DNA of 57,537 nucleotides, taken from positions 762,112 through 819,648 of the forward strand of contig NMRA01000075.1 in NCBI GenBank assembly GCA_002633005.1, written 5' to 3'. The stretch is from Phoronis australis. Lineage: Eukaryota; Animalia; Phoronida. Under the pieces are notes generated by a model. It was not told where the DNA came from, made no database searches, and worked only from the letters and a program-made list of their open reading frames with translations. The position numbers were made by a program, and so were the translations under genes. The stretch's first letter is position 1, and each line of letters starts with the position of its first letter. Below are positions 1 through 13,013 of this stretch, in pieces.

Positions 1-419
1 TTTTGGGAATTTGTGGCCACCTGTCGAAGACTTGCACCAGGGAAATTAGCAGTAATAAAGCTTAGCGCGACGACGTATTTTGATAAAAATTCCATCTTTT
101 ACCAGTTGTTTACATGCAGACAGCGACGCATGCGCAATTTAATCACCACTAGTACAGCAGCGACACCGCGAGGAGAATTCTCCGAATAGCCCCATTACGG
201 ACGCAACAGGAGCCATCTCTTTTTCACGTCGCGCGTACACAGTGGATTACCTGGGCGTCCGGGCCGGATGCAATCTCCGAATTCAGGTTTGAACTCTTCT
301 CAAAATACTTTTCATTGTAGTCTAGATTGTTCTACTTCAAAAAAGGAGATCCCGGATAGCAGGCACGGAATGCAGAGCATAGCATCGTAGGTTAAGGGGT
401 ACGATTACCACTTTGCTCT

Positions 420-460
420 TACGAGGGTCGTTCAATAAGTTCTCGGCCTCAACAAGAAAA
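420..460 (+). mobile_element. Mariner-type terminal inverted repeat (single end)
   Basis: TA|CGAGGGTCGTTCAATAAGT resembles mariner TIR starts; partner end not found in the window. Confidence 0.4.
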
Positions 461-1417
461 CAGGGACGCAGGTTATTTTTTTTCACATCACAGTAAAATT
501 TCATCTTTTATAACAGTACTGCGTTCATGCTGAATTAGTACGGTCAACTGCCGCTAGATGACGCTGCTTCAAAAAAGCAGACGACAACACATTTAGCAGC
601 ATGGAGGGCGTGTGGAAAAGCACTTGCTGCGAGCAGCCACGTTTATTTTTGCCCGGTCATCTTTTTTCGGGAACACAGGAAAGAAAGTTTCTCCTATAAC
701 TGGTACGAATCTGTTTTCAAAATCTTATTTTTCGGCACTAGAAATATATTGATATTGCCTTGAGCCGTGAGGTTAACTAGATCTAACTTTTTAAAGGGAG
801 AACGAGATGTTTGGATCCTGACGTAACGGCCGCGTAACCTTACGCCTGTCACGTTATTTGATGCACCTGCGTGTGGTCGCACACTCCGTTTTACGGGTTT
901 TATCGTCGTGAATACAGCTATCAGTTTCACTAGTGAATGCTGATTCGATTTTAGTTCTTGGTCGGGTACATGTATGTACGTCACTAACGCTTAAGACATT
1001 ATTTTACTTTTCTGCAGGTATACCGTAAAATGCGGTGAAGGTGGCAGATTTCGATGTTTTTTGTTCAGTTACTTCATGGCTGTGTAATAAAAAGACATTT
1101 TAGTGAGCTTAAATTCCGGAGAACTATTTCCACTAACGAAATTAATAGTTTCTGTTTGGGATTTCAGGTTTCCTATGGTTGATCTAACGGTTTTTGTAAC
1201 TTGCCAACTTTGTCTCCAAAGCGAGGAAATTTGGCACTGTAATCCTAAATGTGCATTTGCATTCCCCTAATTATGCTAATGTACAGCAGGAACTAAACGA
1301 CAATGCTATTTGAACATAATCTACGCTAAACAAAGTGTAATTGTATTCATTGACAACTTGTAAATGTGAAAATTGGCAAAAAAATCTGCAAATAGGTGAA
1401 TGGAACTAATGACTTAC

Positions 1418-1529
1418 CTTGGGGACTCCAATAGCACGCATCATGCACTGTTATCCCCCAAAACCACGTCATGGTACTTATTGGACACGGTTGAGTGACG
1501 GCGGATCATTTCCGACACAAAACTCGTTC
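1418..1529 (-). other. Exon-like segment (UTR or start exon of a gene extending left of the window, or of an element)
   Basis: ttgttttcag| acceptor and AAG|GTAAGT donor; no full-length open frame, but internal ATGs run into the donor. Confidence 0.35.
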
Positions 1530-3891
1530 CTGAAAACAATTGGTAATTTTCAACCTATTACATATTCAAATCGCCGATACATGTTGTGTTTCTAACTAAT
1601 TTGACCAAGCACTCACAGAGATAAGGACTTAGTGTGCAAGTTCTACTTTGAATATTTTTAATTTTGTACACTGTAAAATTACGTGTTGGAGCAGTAGTCT
1701 CGAAAACTGATAAGCGGATGACAATTATTAAGTACACCAAGTCATTCCCATGACTGCCACGAATATTCGAACCAAAGATTTCAACAAGTGAGTAAAAAAA
1801 CAAAAAAAACGCTTGAAACAGTTCAATTTGCGAAACCAATGATCTCTATTGAACCAAAAACACCAATGCGACAAGGTCTCAGAACAAAAGCCCTATTAAC
1901 AGATATTGAAAACGACTTTCCTCATCCAATTTTCTGAAACAAAATAATGCTCTGTAACCCTCTACAATCCTGGAAAGATTTAAAGAAAATATTTGAAAAC
2001 TCCCTTCAAAATCTGCTAAACAGGTAAGCGTGACCTACGCTTTTAGCGAATTGCACGGCAATTGTGGGGAAAACCCACCCAGCCAGAGCTGTGATATTCA
2101 ATCTGTGACTTATGGAGTATTGGATTTTTTGTTGCTTTTATCTTTCAACATTGACGGCAATGGTGTATTAGCAGGTGTCACACCGAGGACTGGTTATTAT
2201 CATCAAAGCGGGCGCTATTATCATTTTAATATCCAAAAACATTAAAAAGCTGAGCATTCAGCGATCTTTTGTGGTAAGTCGGAAATTTAAATTGACGCTG
2301 TGCATCTACGCGAGTTCAGCTGTCTGTGTGTACTCAGTGTCCGTGAGACAAGAATGATCGCGAAATTGTAGGTCACTGACACTGTGACGTAGAAAGCAAA
2401 GAATGCCGGCCTTACACATTTGCGATTGCGATAAACGTGTAGCCGAAACGCTCTAATGTAGACTTCAACGTGTAGGAAGAGCATGCCTTTCATAACCACG
2501 TCTCAAACATGACCATCACTCAGAATGTTATCTCTGTTTAACATTAACCTGCAGGTATTATAACAGTTTCTGTCTGTATCCCGGCTGTCAGAAATCAAAT
2601 CAGCGTTCCTTAGACGAAAAAGAAAGGTCGTGCAAGACCTCGCAAAATCAAGCGAGTGTTTCGCGAATACGCACGGAATCTTACTAACTCAACCTAGTAA
2701 AATGAACTGATATGGCTAGAACACTTCTAGTGGCTGATCTAGACGTAATGGCTAGTCTGAACCGGCGAAAGAAAGCCTTTGTTCCCACATTTTCTCAAGA
2801 ACCTTGGTAAAGGCTTAACTTCCAAAAAGAAACTCTCCATGAGGTTTCTCGAGCAGAAACAGTTGAAGAAAGACACCATTTTGCCTTGCTTCGTCTACTG
2901 GAAAAAGTGAGACACCAAAAATGGGGTTTTGCGTTTTACTTCACTATATCACAAACTCACAAATGTCCTGGTCCAATAGCTGACAAGAATATTAATGCTC
3001 TTGCACTGAAGATTTCATAATCGATTACTGGATAAAATATGTCCTTACCAACCATGCTTTATTGCAATTTCCATTCGTCCGATGGGTACATCATTCATAA
3101 TTTTGTGGCTGAAAAAGGTGGTGATCTGAAAATGGATGTATCCAGGCAGAACAGAAAAGAGGCCAAATTTCTAGGCCTCAGTTACTATAAATAAGAGACT
3201 TCAAAGAACTACTGAATACCATTCGGGGTAATCGCTCTCTTTTTACTCCACAAAATTGTGGGAAGCTCAACAATTAACTGTGGCTTCAGACTCTATGTCG
3301 GTGTGACTTTGGAATGTTGAATTATGGGATAGAATTGACTGCCTCCGTTTCACAAACGAAGATTTCTCGTCGTAAGTTCAAGGCTAATGTCTTGAGTTTA
3401 CGGAACGCAGCCCAGGGATGCGTTTCTTGAAAACTGACTTTAGACTTCAGACAGAGATTTGTTCTTTCTCCCCAATTTACAATTGCCGAAAAAGGGTTCA
3501 GTCGTGTAATTACGAGTGAATTACAGTCTAGAACCAATTTTATAATAGAAATTATCACTGTTATGGGTATTTTTCTCAGGGATTTTGCACCTTTGCTCAA
3601 ATGAGATTTGATCACTCATTAAAACTACTTGTGTGGAGCTTAAAACAAAATTTCTAACTTAAGTGTAAGTAGCTTTTCATAATGAAAGAGAAGCCAGGGC
3701 TCTGCTCAGTGAACACAGTCCAAGTTCACTACAACGAGTGCACGTGCCATTAGACTAGTCCTACTGAAACGGCCACTTTCACCAAGGAGTTTAGTACAAT
3801 AGGAGTGTTTATGTGTGAGTTCTCTGTTATCGCTACTACTAGCGCCGCCAAGTAGCGAATAAGCAACGGTCAAGTACGAAGTGCGAAAATA

Positions 3892-3989
3892 ATGGCGAAG
3901 GGCTCCTTTTGCAGCGCAATAAATTGCACAAATTCATCCGCAAATAGCACCAGAACTGTATTTTTTACTTTTCTTAAGGATTCAGAAAG
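3892..3989 (+). pseudogene. THAP-domain first exon (MAKGSFCSAINCTNSSANSTRTVFFTFLKDSER)
   Basis: CxAxNCxN...FFxF(P>L)KDxER followed by an AG|GTAAGA phase-2 donor; no downstream THAP exon found. Confidence 0.7.
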
Positions 3990-4576
3990 GTAAGAATTAT
4001 TTGTTAGTCATTAATATGATACAATGTCTTTTATTTTGTGTGCTCTGTTTACCATTGGAAGACAAGTCGATCGCAGTCCCGGCGCCACTGTCCTCTGCAG
4101 TGTAGGATAAGAATAGTGGACAGCCGGGCTGCCAGCGGAAGGGCTACGGTTAACGATGTGAGCTTCAGCTTTTTGGATATTTGCAGTCTACATGTATCCC
4201 ACACCAAAAGATCAACATGTACATGTAATTCAAACGAACGATCGCAGGGATTATTTTAGAAAAACATACCCGTGTCATGGGTCAATATGACGGGCGACAC
4301 GGCCACAGTAACAGCCAAAAGGCCTCAAATCTATCTATGAGCCAAGTTATAGAATCTGTGAGTCTCAGTGAAAAGATCGACATTATTTTAATGTGCCAGT
4401 TGGTCCACGTTAAGCAATACCATTGCGTCAATGAAAACTTAATTATATGTGCCAATGAAGCGGATCGCAGCCCTAAAAATATCCCTGGATCGACATTTGA
4501 GTCCTAGTTTTTTAGTTGACCCCAAGACGCCGGGTTTTGTCTCTATCACAGGCACAGTGCGACACTGAGGACTACA

Positions 4577-4625
4577 TTAGTGTTGAGTAGTGTAGTGTAG
4601 CGTAGTGTAGTGTAGTGTAGTGTAG
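4577..4625. repeat. (TAGTG)n microsatellite
   Basis: Pentanucleotide run visible directly. Confidence 0.9.
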
Positions 4626-5025
4626 GTTACCAGTCTTCTATGAGCCTGCTGAGTATGAGGTTTTTTCCTCAGCCTCTCACTGATTTCTGTTTGGTGCAAG
4701 CTCTGGGAGCTGACCTTCTGAATAGAGATGCAGCCTACTTGTCCATGAACTGCAAGTCTATGCTCTCGTCACATCGAGGAGGTCATGTTCATGAATTCTC
4801 GTATGAAGAACAAGCTGGTACGTCCTGCAATGCCAACAATATTTAATGTCCCGAATACACCAAAAATGAAGATGTCAAAAAGTTCTCCGGAAATTATGTA
4901 TATTACGGCTCTGAAATAGACTTATTTGCATGTCTGATTATTGTCTCACAAAGCAAGTATTATACTGGGATATCACGTGTAGAACGAACGATTGGTCAAA
5001 ACCTGTCTTTGAAATTTTAATTCAG

Positions 5026-5160
5026 GTTTGAAACATTTTGTGAAAAGTTGGCGTGTGATTTGGAGAGAGCCAATGTGAAATTGATGGATCTTCCACAGTC
5101 TGAATGGAAGGCTGAAATTTTGATGAAACCCAAGCTAATTTATTTATTAAACAAACTATC
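5026..5160 (+). mobile_element. Probable LINE ORF2 C-terminal fragment
   Basis: CDLERANVKLMDLPQSEWKAEILMKPKL resembles the W..I..KPKLRTY motif that follows RT in CR1/L2-group LINEs. Confidence 0.4.
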
Positions 5161-6769
5161 AACTGATTAGGAGTTACTGTACATTAAAGAGTCAATGGTC
5201 ATTCAGAACCAGCATGCAGAGCTCAGTGACCCTTCAACTATGGTGATGACCAGCTACTGACAATCTTCCCTGTATATCTCACTTTATGGATGTTACCTGA
5301 GCTGTATATTGGCACTTGTTGTCCTAAATTGTTGTAAATGTGATCTTGATGATGTCTAATGAAAAGACGAAACGTTGAATTGAACATGAACTGTTTCATT
5401 TGTGCGGCGATCCTCCGGTTTTTAATCATACCCCATTAGTTTTTACCTGTTCAGCATTCCTCCCATGTACATGTACCCTCCTTGGAGGAGTCAACGCCCA
5501 TTTGGCGCCCACCTGGTTTTTACCTGGTTTGCACTCCTCCCTTGTACCCCCTTTGCTGGCAGTTGAGGTCAACTCCCCCTTGAATCCCCAGGAGAAATCT
5601 CTAAAATTTATGTAGTTTATGGATGTATGAAATGCTATAAAGTAACCAAAACATGAAACAAAACCATGGTAGCTTTTGAAGGGAGCTTCAAGAGAATGAA
5701 AGCAAATACAACTTAATATTGATTAAAACACACATTTTCATTCTCATCCACTTGAAGTGGATGTTAGTTTATGTAGTTTATCCATTTTGAATCGTACAGT
5801 AATTTTATTGCATGTCGAACCTCATTTAAGTATCAATTTATCAGCGTTTACATGGACTTTGTCGCAAAATTAGTGTTGCTTGTTCGCCGCTTGGGGCGCT
5901 TGATTTGCAACCGATACCCATTGTAGCAAATCGCAAGATGGCGACGTGAATACTACACTCCTTTCTTCCATTTCACTGACTGGTGCTGTAACGACTCCAC
6001 TACGGGGAGAACGACAGGATGAATGCGTTTACGTTGAGCGATTTTGTTTGTTGAAGTATTTTAAAACTCACTTTACATTTCTAATCCCTTGCAGTGCTCT
6101 ATCTTGAATTGTTTTGGCAATCAGCCTCGGCGTTAAACTTTGACAATACGACGACCGCAAACAATAAAGAAGGGGTTTGGTAAGATAGAACCACACTGCA
6201 ACACAGATTCTAACACTTCTTCGTCGGTCCGTATCCACCCTTGTCCTTCGTCATACATGTAAGGTTTTGGCTGTTCAATTACGAGTTCGCAAGCGAACCT
6301 ACAGCCCAATCAACGCAAAGTTGCATTCTTTTCCAGCATTTTAGAGGGCTAGCCTTTCATTCACCTGGTGCAATCTTCTCCAGCGTACATATATAAAATC
6401 CAAGTACAGTTTCACAGTAACATTTTCCCAAGGATTTTGGCCAGGTCGGAGAGATTCAGTAGTCACCGAAGTTTTCCAAACTCTGTATCAAGATATACCA
6501 GTCAACTTTTTGGCATAAGTATGATGCAACAGAATTACAAAGAAGAATTCAGTGTAAGGGGTACTGAGGCGGCGTTTCTGTACACAACTGAGACAACGTA
6601 CTGGAGGTTCAAAACAATTCTTGTGTCGCTTCTTGATTGCTGTAGATATGTGGGTGCTCCTAAATATGGACCTGAAACATCAGATTAATTTATTGTATGA
6701 CACGGCAGATTATCGTAAAGTAAGAAATACTCAGAAAATTTTGCTCAGAAAAAAGATTAAGGACATTCC

Positions 6770-9482
6770 TCTCCATCGAATGTAACACGTTCATGGTTTT
6801 TTCCGTCTACAATCAGGATGACCATCTCGCTCTTCTCCAACCTGGAAACCGCCTTCTCACCACTCCAGACTTACACTAATAGTTGACAGAGTTGCGTTTT
6901 GATGTCATCATTTGCAAGAATGGTTTTGAAGTCGTATGGTTTTCGTGTTTATGTTGTCCACCCACGATTATGTTCTCTGAACTGCCACGTTGCAACCGTT
7001 CCTGGGCTTTGATAGATTCAGGGAAATAGCTTACAGTTGAGAATAAAAAAGTGCGTCTTCGACTTAAATTTCTCACCCCGGTCATCAACAAACGAAGAAA
7101 TCGAATGAGTTCTGGAGGCAAAAGTTTTACAATATCCAGTTCCATATAATGGGCTGTTAATGACCACGGTAGATCTGAAGACTGTTTGCGTGCCTTTCAA
7201 TTGTCATCTTAAAGAGTGAGTGCGGTTTTCAGATGTTTACCTGTACTTCCTGAACAATATGCTTGTGCCAAAGCAGATGAAAGGTTATACTTGATCTGTG
7301 AAACAGCCAAAACGATAGTGTAACCTCTGTCAATTTTTGTGAAGATAATCTGGTTTTGCAATGGACCTGTTTTGAAACGATTCTATAGTTTCTCATAACG
7401 GTATCTAACATTCTCATGCCCGTTCCGTTTTAGTTCCGCAACGTACAGCTAACGGAAGGACGAGACTTTGATGACATCATTTTGTTGGACGATATGAGTT
7501 TTAAGCTGTGGTAGTTTTTTGCATTCCTGTTCCTCTCACATTGCATAATACTGTAAAATGGCTATGTTCACTTACAGAATCTAAATGAAGAATGCATACG
7601 GGAAGAGACTGATCTTTGGTTTCAGTTGATAAGCTTCAATCTCGTTTTCTTTTAGGCATGATTTTTATATCTGCCTAGATAGCTGCCTTAATTTCGATTG
7701 CAGTCCGATGTCCCAGTCCTCCACATTGGATTCGCTCTGACTGATATGTCAACAACCGATATGTATTTTTTATGTTAGTTTGTATTCAAGACAGTTTTTA
7801 CGTCAAAAGCTGATTTAAATCTTTGATGTGTTATCATGTGACTGTCTTAGAAATAATGTTCCTCTTCTTAAAAGAGGAGAAACATTGTTTCATTTATTAA
7901 ACCTAAAATATATTTTCGTTAGGCTGCAACCTTTACCAACGCCAGAAATTTATAACATTCTTGATCCGCTAGGTGACACTTTGCGCCATGTCCCTAACTA
8001 ATCATAACAATGCACAGTAAGGTTAAAGGTCAGGAAGCTTGGGCGCTAGTACCGTGAGCCCGACTGAAGTCAGTATAGTCTGCAGAGCAATACTTGTCAA
8101 GTTTACAATAACAGTCTTTGGAATTTCTGGAATTCCAGTCTACAGTATGACAGTGCTAGCTGGGTCATTGGGGTCACAGCTCTATGTTAACTTGGAGGTC
8201 TACACATAAGCACAACAAAAGTGAATTGAACGCCATCCAGCCGGCGTGTGCTTGCAGCCTTAAGCGGGCTGCTAAAGCGCTTTTTATTAATTTTCAGATG
8301 TTTGCCAATACATATTTGTGTCCGGAATCCACTCCAATGTAACAGTATTAAATTAAAACGAAAGGACAACGTTCTGTGGATCACAAAAAACGAAACAACA
8401 TTTTGAAGATAACTAGTATCAACCATACTCACAGGCGAAAAACCTGCATAAAACTGTATAAAATCCGACTTTTTTCAAACTTCGAAAATATTTCTAAACT
8501 CATACCGGATGAGAAAATGAACATAACAGTTTCTTACCGATTCTGAGGTAATCTCTCATCTATACAGAGTGCAAATTCCATTGCAAGACAGCCGGGCGAT
8601 CGGCAACATTTCGTCATCACAGCACTGTACGTGGATCCATTTTCTGAACACAAGAGACGTGGAAAATTTTTCGGCGGAAAAACAGCATGAAATTTGGACC
8701 AGCAACCTCTGAGTACTCCTGGTAATCACGTACGCTATCGGCAAATCCGATGGCAAAATGAATTCAGCCGCAAACTTGACTTCAAAATGAGCTATGCGCT
8801 CAAATATTGGCTTCCGGACGAGCGTTAACATAGGCCTGAATGGAGCAAACCTCAAACTTCAAGAGACGTGGAAACAATTCACCAATGACGCTGATATTTG
8901 GCAGTAACAAGTCTGAACATACACTCTATGCCACAGGCTATCGGCAAATTGTGTAGTTATCTCCCCTCACTTATAAATTCCTGATTATAGCCTGTTCTTG
9001 TGTATTTCTTATGGAGGGCTGCTGGCAAGATTTAGCGCATGCGCAGTAGTGCATGTTACAAATTTCTGGCGTTCATGACGTCACAGTTTGTTTTCATTTA
9101 TGCCGTCAACATCAAAGTCCTAAATTTGGATAAAAATAGCGGATTATCATGCTCCACACAACATTTCTGATCCATATGTTGAGTGTTTTGTACATGTAAG
9201 ATAACTTTTAACACTTACTTGTAATTCCAATGTAATGTTTGACCCACAAAACATAAGCCCAGACATTTAGCTTTTTCAATTTATGAAATAGTCGGGGAGA
9301 TATGACGAAATATATCAAAATCGGAAATGGTGGCCCTAATTTGCATAAAAATTATGCGTGGGACATTTTTTCGGCTTGTTAACATCATTTTTTCGTTTTC
9401 ACACATAATTTTCTTCATAAAAATGCAACTTTGATGTTGAAGTCCGGGGAGGTGCACGGGGCGCCATTTTTCGACTAGACTA
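6770..9482 (-). mobile_element. Decayed, internally deleted Academ-like DNA transposon (transposase fragments ~6780-7650; one terminus at 9482)
   Basis: Minus-strand fragments THIVQQNDVIKVSSFR*LYVAELKRNGHENVRYRYEKL, DLPWSLTA...LPPELIRFLRLLMTG, SIKAQERLQRGSSE, ANDDIKTQLCQLL*VWS; terminus reads TAGTCTAGTCGAAAAA on the minus strand. Family recalled from motifs, not searched. Confidence 0.6.
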
Positions 9483-10164
9483 CAAAGGCGATCTTTTGCT
9501 GTCGCACTGGTAAAAATCTGTCAACTTGCCCGCAAAGAAATGCGTGCTTTTATTTCCTTCCACCACAAAGTCTTCAACAAATTTTCATTCGCAAATGAGG
9601 TGGTAGACAGAACCCGGCGCCATCAGAAAATTTGGTCTCGCTCTTTTTGTGAGGAACAGGGCAAGTTCTGCATTAGCGATGACTCCAAGGCAATAAAACA
9701 CTGGCTGAAATAAGTCGAACTATCGTGGACTAAAATGGGTGCTTTTTCTATCAAACTGGCTTCAGAGATTGAACTCTCCGTAAAAAAAATTTGTTATGGT
9801 CGTTTGTTCCCGAAAAAGTACAATAGATATTAACGAAAATATGATGTCTGTGTTAACTGTAATGCGAGATACACAATTGGTTCATGACCTGTGAGTACCA
9901 ACAAAGATTGCAAGAACAATAACACTAACTTGTTACCTGATCCTGGAAACTCCTTTCGTCTGGAGTTGAAACTGTACGGTGTACATTTTTGGCTATAAGA
10001 AAAAACTATTCATGTTTAAAAGCAATGGCAAACAGACATGGACATATGTATAAATTCGAGCTGGCACATTTGACCAAATTTCATTCAAGAGCAAGAAACC
10101 GTTGTGTCAGCCGTTTTTTTTTTCGTGTGACAAATACCATGCAAACTCATGCAATATAACCCAA

Positions 10165-10345
10165 TTACGTCACTTTCGTAAAATGTAGCAATGCTACACT
10201 TTTCGCATGTGCATAAACGTAAATTGTAACAATTACATGAAATGTAACAACATGTTACATTCTAGGAGAGACCTAGCAACGTAAAATGTAACAATGATCT
10301 AACAGTTGTTACATATTACGAAATTGTTACATTTTACGGCGTCAT
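10165..10345. repeat. Palindromic cluster of cgtaaaatgtaaca motifs (non-autonomous element-like)
   Basis: Forward aaatgtaaca copies on the left, inverted tgttacat copies on the right. Confidence 0.55.
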
Positions 10346-10553
10346 AAAGACTCCTACGCGATGTGGCCACCGAAGCTGAACAGGCATATTGTTGGATTTG
10401 GACGAAGCTCCAGCAGTAATACCATCAACAATCGTCAGACAGAGCCTCAGTGATCAGCTCTGTTGTCCCGCCTACTAGAGATGGTGTTAGTCAAGTGAAG
10501 AAAGCATTAAGAACAGTAGGGCACAAACTGAAGATGACGGTTGAGCACAGCAC

Positions 10554-10810
10554 TGTCACGTATTTTAAGTCAGTTCCAGTGTATTACGTTTTTTAATGTA
10601 CATGTATAGTAAACGTAAATTCATATAGTTGATTCAGTTTAAACTGTACGTGGTTGGTTTGCCGGGTTGAAACCGTGGGATTCCAGCCGTAGAAAGTATA
10701 GTCCTGTTTTGGTCACCTGAAGGTGGTTGCTTGTATGGTCACGTGGCCGTACAATAAACCTTTGTGTTAATGCGCGTATGAGTTATTGCCGGGAGTACCG
10801 ATGCGTGACA
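10554..10810 (+). mobile_element. Candidate solo LTR (257 bp)
   Basis: TGTCACG...CGTGACA termini (8/9-bp inverted match), internal AATAAA near 10753; no matching TSD. Confidence 0.5.
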
Positions 10811-13013
10811 CGGTTAGACTATTGCACGATCGTTAGACTTATGTGGAATAAGGACGGATTAACCAGGGATGTGTGTGTTTATCAAGGTTAAATAGAAAAT
10901 AATCCACTCAATAGCAGCTCTTTGGTAGCGATTCACTATTACAGCGTCATCAAAAACGTTTGAGATCGATTCTCAGCACTGCCTGTGCACTGATGATCCC
11001 CGGTTTTACTTGACATGCTGTGTCGACACGTCAAAGTAAATATGTGCACTATTCCCACTGGACGATAACACAGTTAAAGATAGGACTTCAATCCGCTTGA
11101 TGCTGAAAATGGTGTCAAAATGCAAGTAGCGATCAATCTTGTAATCGAGTAAAGTATATGAGAATATAACCGCAAATGTTATTTTATTGAGAGAAAAAAA
11201 TTTTTTTAGGAAGTTCTAATCTACATCACTAAGTCTTTATTTGGCAATCGTGCAGTGGGAGTGTATGACCAAATTTCTGGCGTCACATTGGTGAAACATA
11301 CCCCAGAGTGAAACTGTCACAGTTGTCTACAGTGTCTCCTGACAGACGCATGCCGGATGGAATTAACAGTAGGCCTACAGTACTTGTCGAGATAAAATGT
11401 CGTGTTTTATTGATTAACATTGCGACAATCACCACAGTGTTATAATGTTAAGTGAAGTTTGTGATAATTCTTATCGCGGAGTGCCCGGTACCCGTGATTT
11501 AAATCGTGCCATTGAAAAGATAACGTTGTTATAATCCGCGGCCCGTGTCGAAAGGTGAAGATATGCTAGTCAAGTCTCCCTATGCATGCGTAATGAGTTT
11601 GTTATTACAGTACGTGTAAATATATCAACATTGACTGGCAATCGTGATCCTGATAATAATTTAACCGCAATACACTATGAGACCGTGTTAAACCACCAAC
11701 TTCTTTACAAGCGTATTTACTTTTTTAGAGCAACATCATTTCGTTCTCATCCAGTGCTTGCATTGACACTTATTACAATAATTTTAAATCGCCTCACTTC
11801 ACTACTCAGACGGCTGCACTGCATCAGCCACTGAAACTAACCCGCCCGGTTTGAGGCACTAACGTCATGTAAGTTTAGAGGTATAGATTTTATATCTAAT
11901 CTTGCGCTAAGTAGCTAAATGGCACTGTTTTTCTTACAGTAAATGGACAAAATCAAAAGCTGTTTTTACGGGTACAGGTTTGTTGCTTCTTTAACGTCAT
12001 GCACGCGCCACCAGGGAGCGTTGGAGGGTTGTACAACCTCTCCTCTTTAGAGCTATCCCGGAGGCAGTCGCCACCTCAGATCCCGGCCATGTAAATATAA
12101 AGACCAACATACACCCCTCCCCTTTTTCCCGACAATAGACCTAATATACATATAAGCTTGTATTTGAATAAATGGAGTTTGAGAGTAATTTAACCGCAAA
12201 CCTGTCAGTCAGGAGACAGACTCTTGTATGCAGCCGTAAGACTCCTTTGTCTGTGCATTTCATACAAAACAGCACTGTTCACGCAGTAAACGGTAAGTTC
12301 TTGGTCCTTCCTCTGATGTTCGGTATGTAGCGTCATCTATAGGTACTCCGGAGCACTAATTCCACTCTTGCAGCACCTCTGGAGAAGCTGGTTGCGCCTA
12401 TGAAATTGTGCGTTGATTAAGTGACCGTGTTCGAAATTGGTTACATTAAAACCCAGAAATGGTCAACTTATACTGATCTAGAAGCACAACATAAACACAT
12501 CAAATCTGATCTATTTCATCAATTCAATTTGTTCTTTGCCCTCCTGTTTAATTCTATCTTTGCATGGTTTGCTGAAAAAGTTCTCGTTTCTCCTTCCACG
12601 TGAAAAGATGTATATCAACACCTCTAATCATCCTTATCATTATTGAATTTTAACAACATGCCATTTTTGTTGCAGACATGTTGTGTTGACATGTACACGT
12701 ATCGTTGCGTGCTTTGCTGTGCCACCAGCTTTTCAATAATTACGTACATGTATTCATGGTTGTTTTATGTGATCGGAGCTGAATAGGAAGTAGGACTGTT
12801 CAATTGGTGTTAATACAAGATATATCAAGACCATGAACGTTGCCCGTTTAAATCTTACCAGTTTTAGATACAGGCTGCCAAAACTAGTGACACACTGTTC
12901 GAAAGATTGATAAAACAACTCTTATTGTTGAAAAGTTATATTGCATATAGCTGGAAACCGTGCTTCGCATGGTTAACAGCTAGTGTAAGGGAATCAGCTT
13001 TAGCCGGGCCTGC

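Larger units (their letters stand above)
3783..5964 (+). mobile_element. P-element-like non-autonomous relic with first THAP exon
   Basis: Terminal IR caaggagtttagta (3783-3796) versus tactacactccttt (5951-5964); subterminal IR 3841-3867 versus 5875-5900; THAP exon just inside the left end; TSD not convincingly preserved. Confidence 0.55.

Noticed and set aside
3322-3615. ORF with IPITVIISIIKLVLDCN reminiscent of Penelope RT
   Set aside because: No downstream GxxMG or YxDD motif visible
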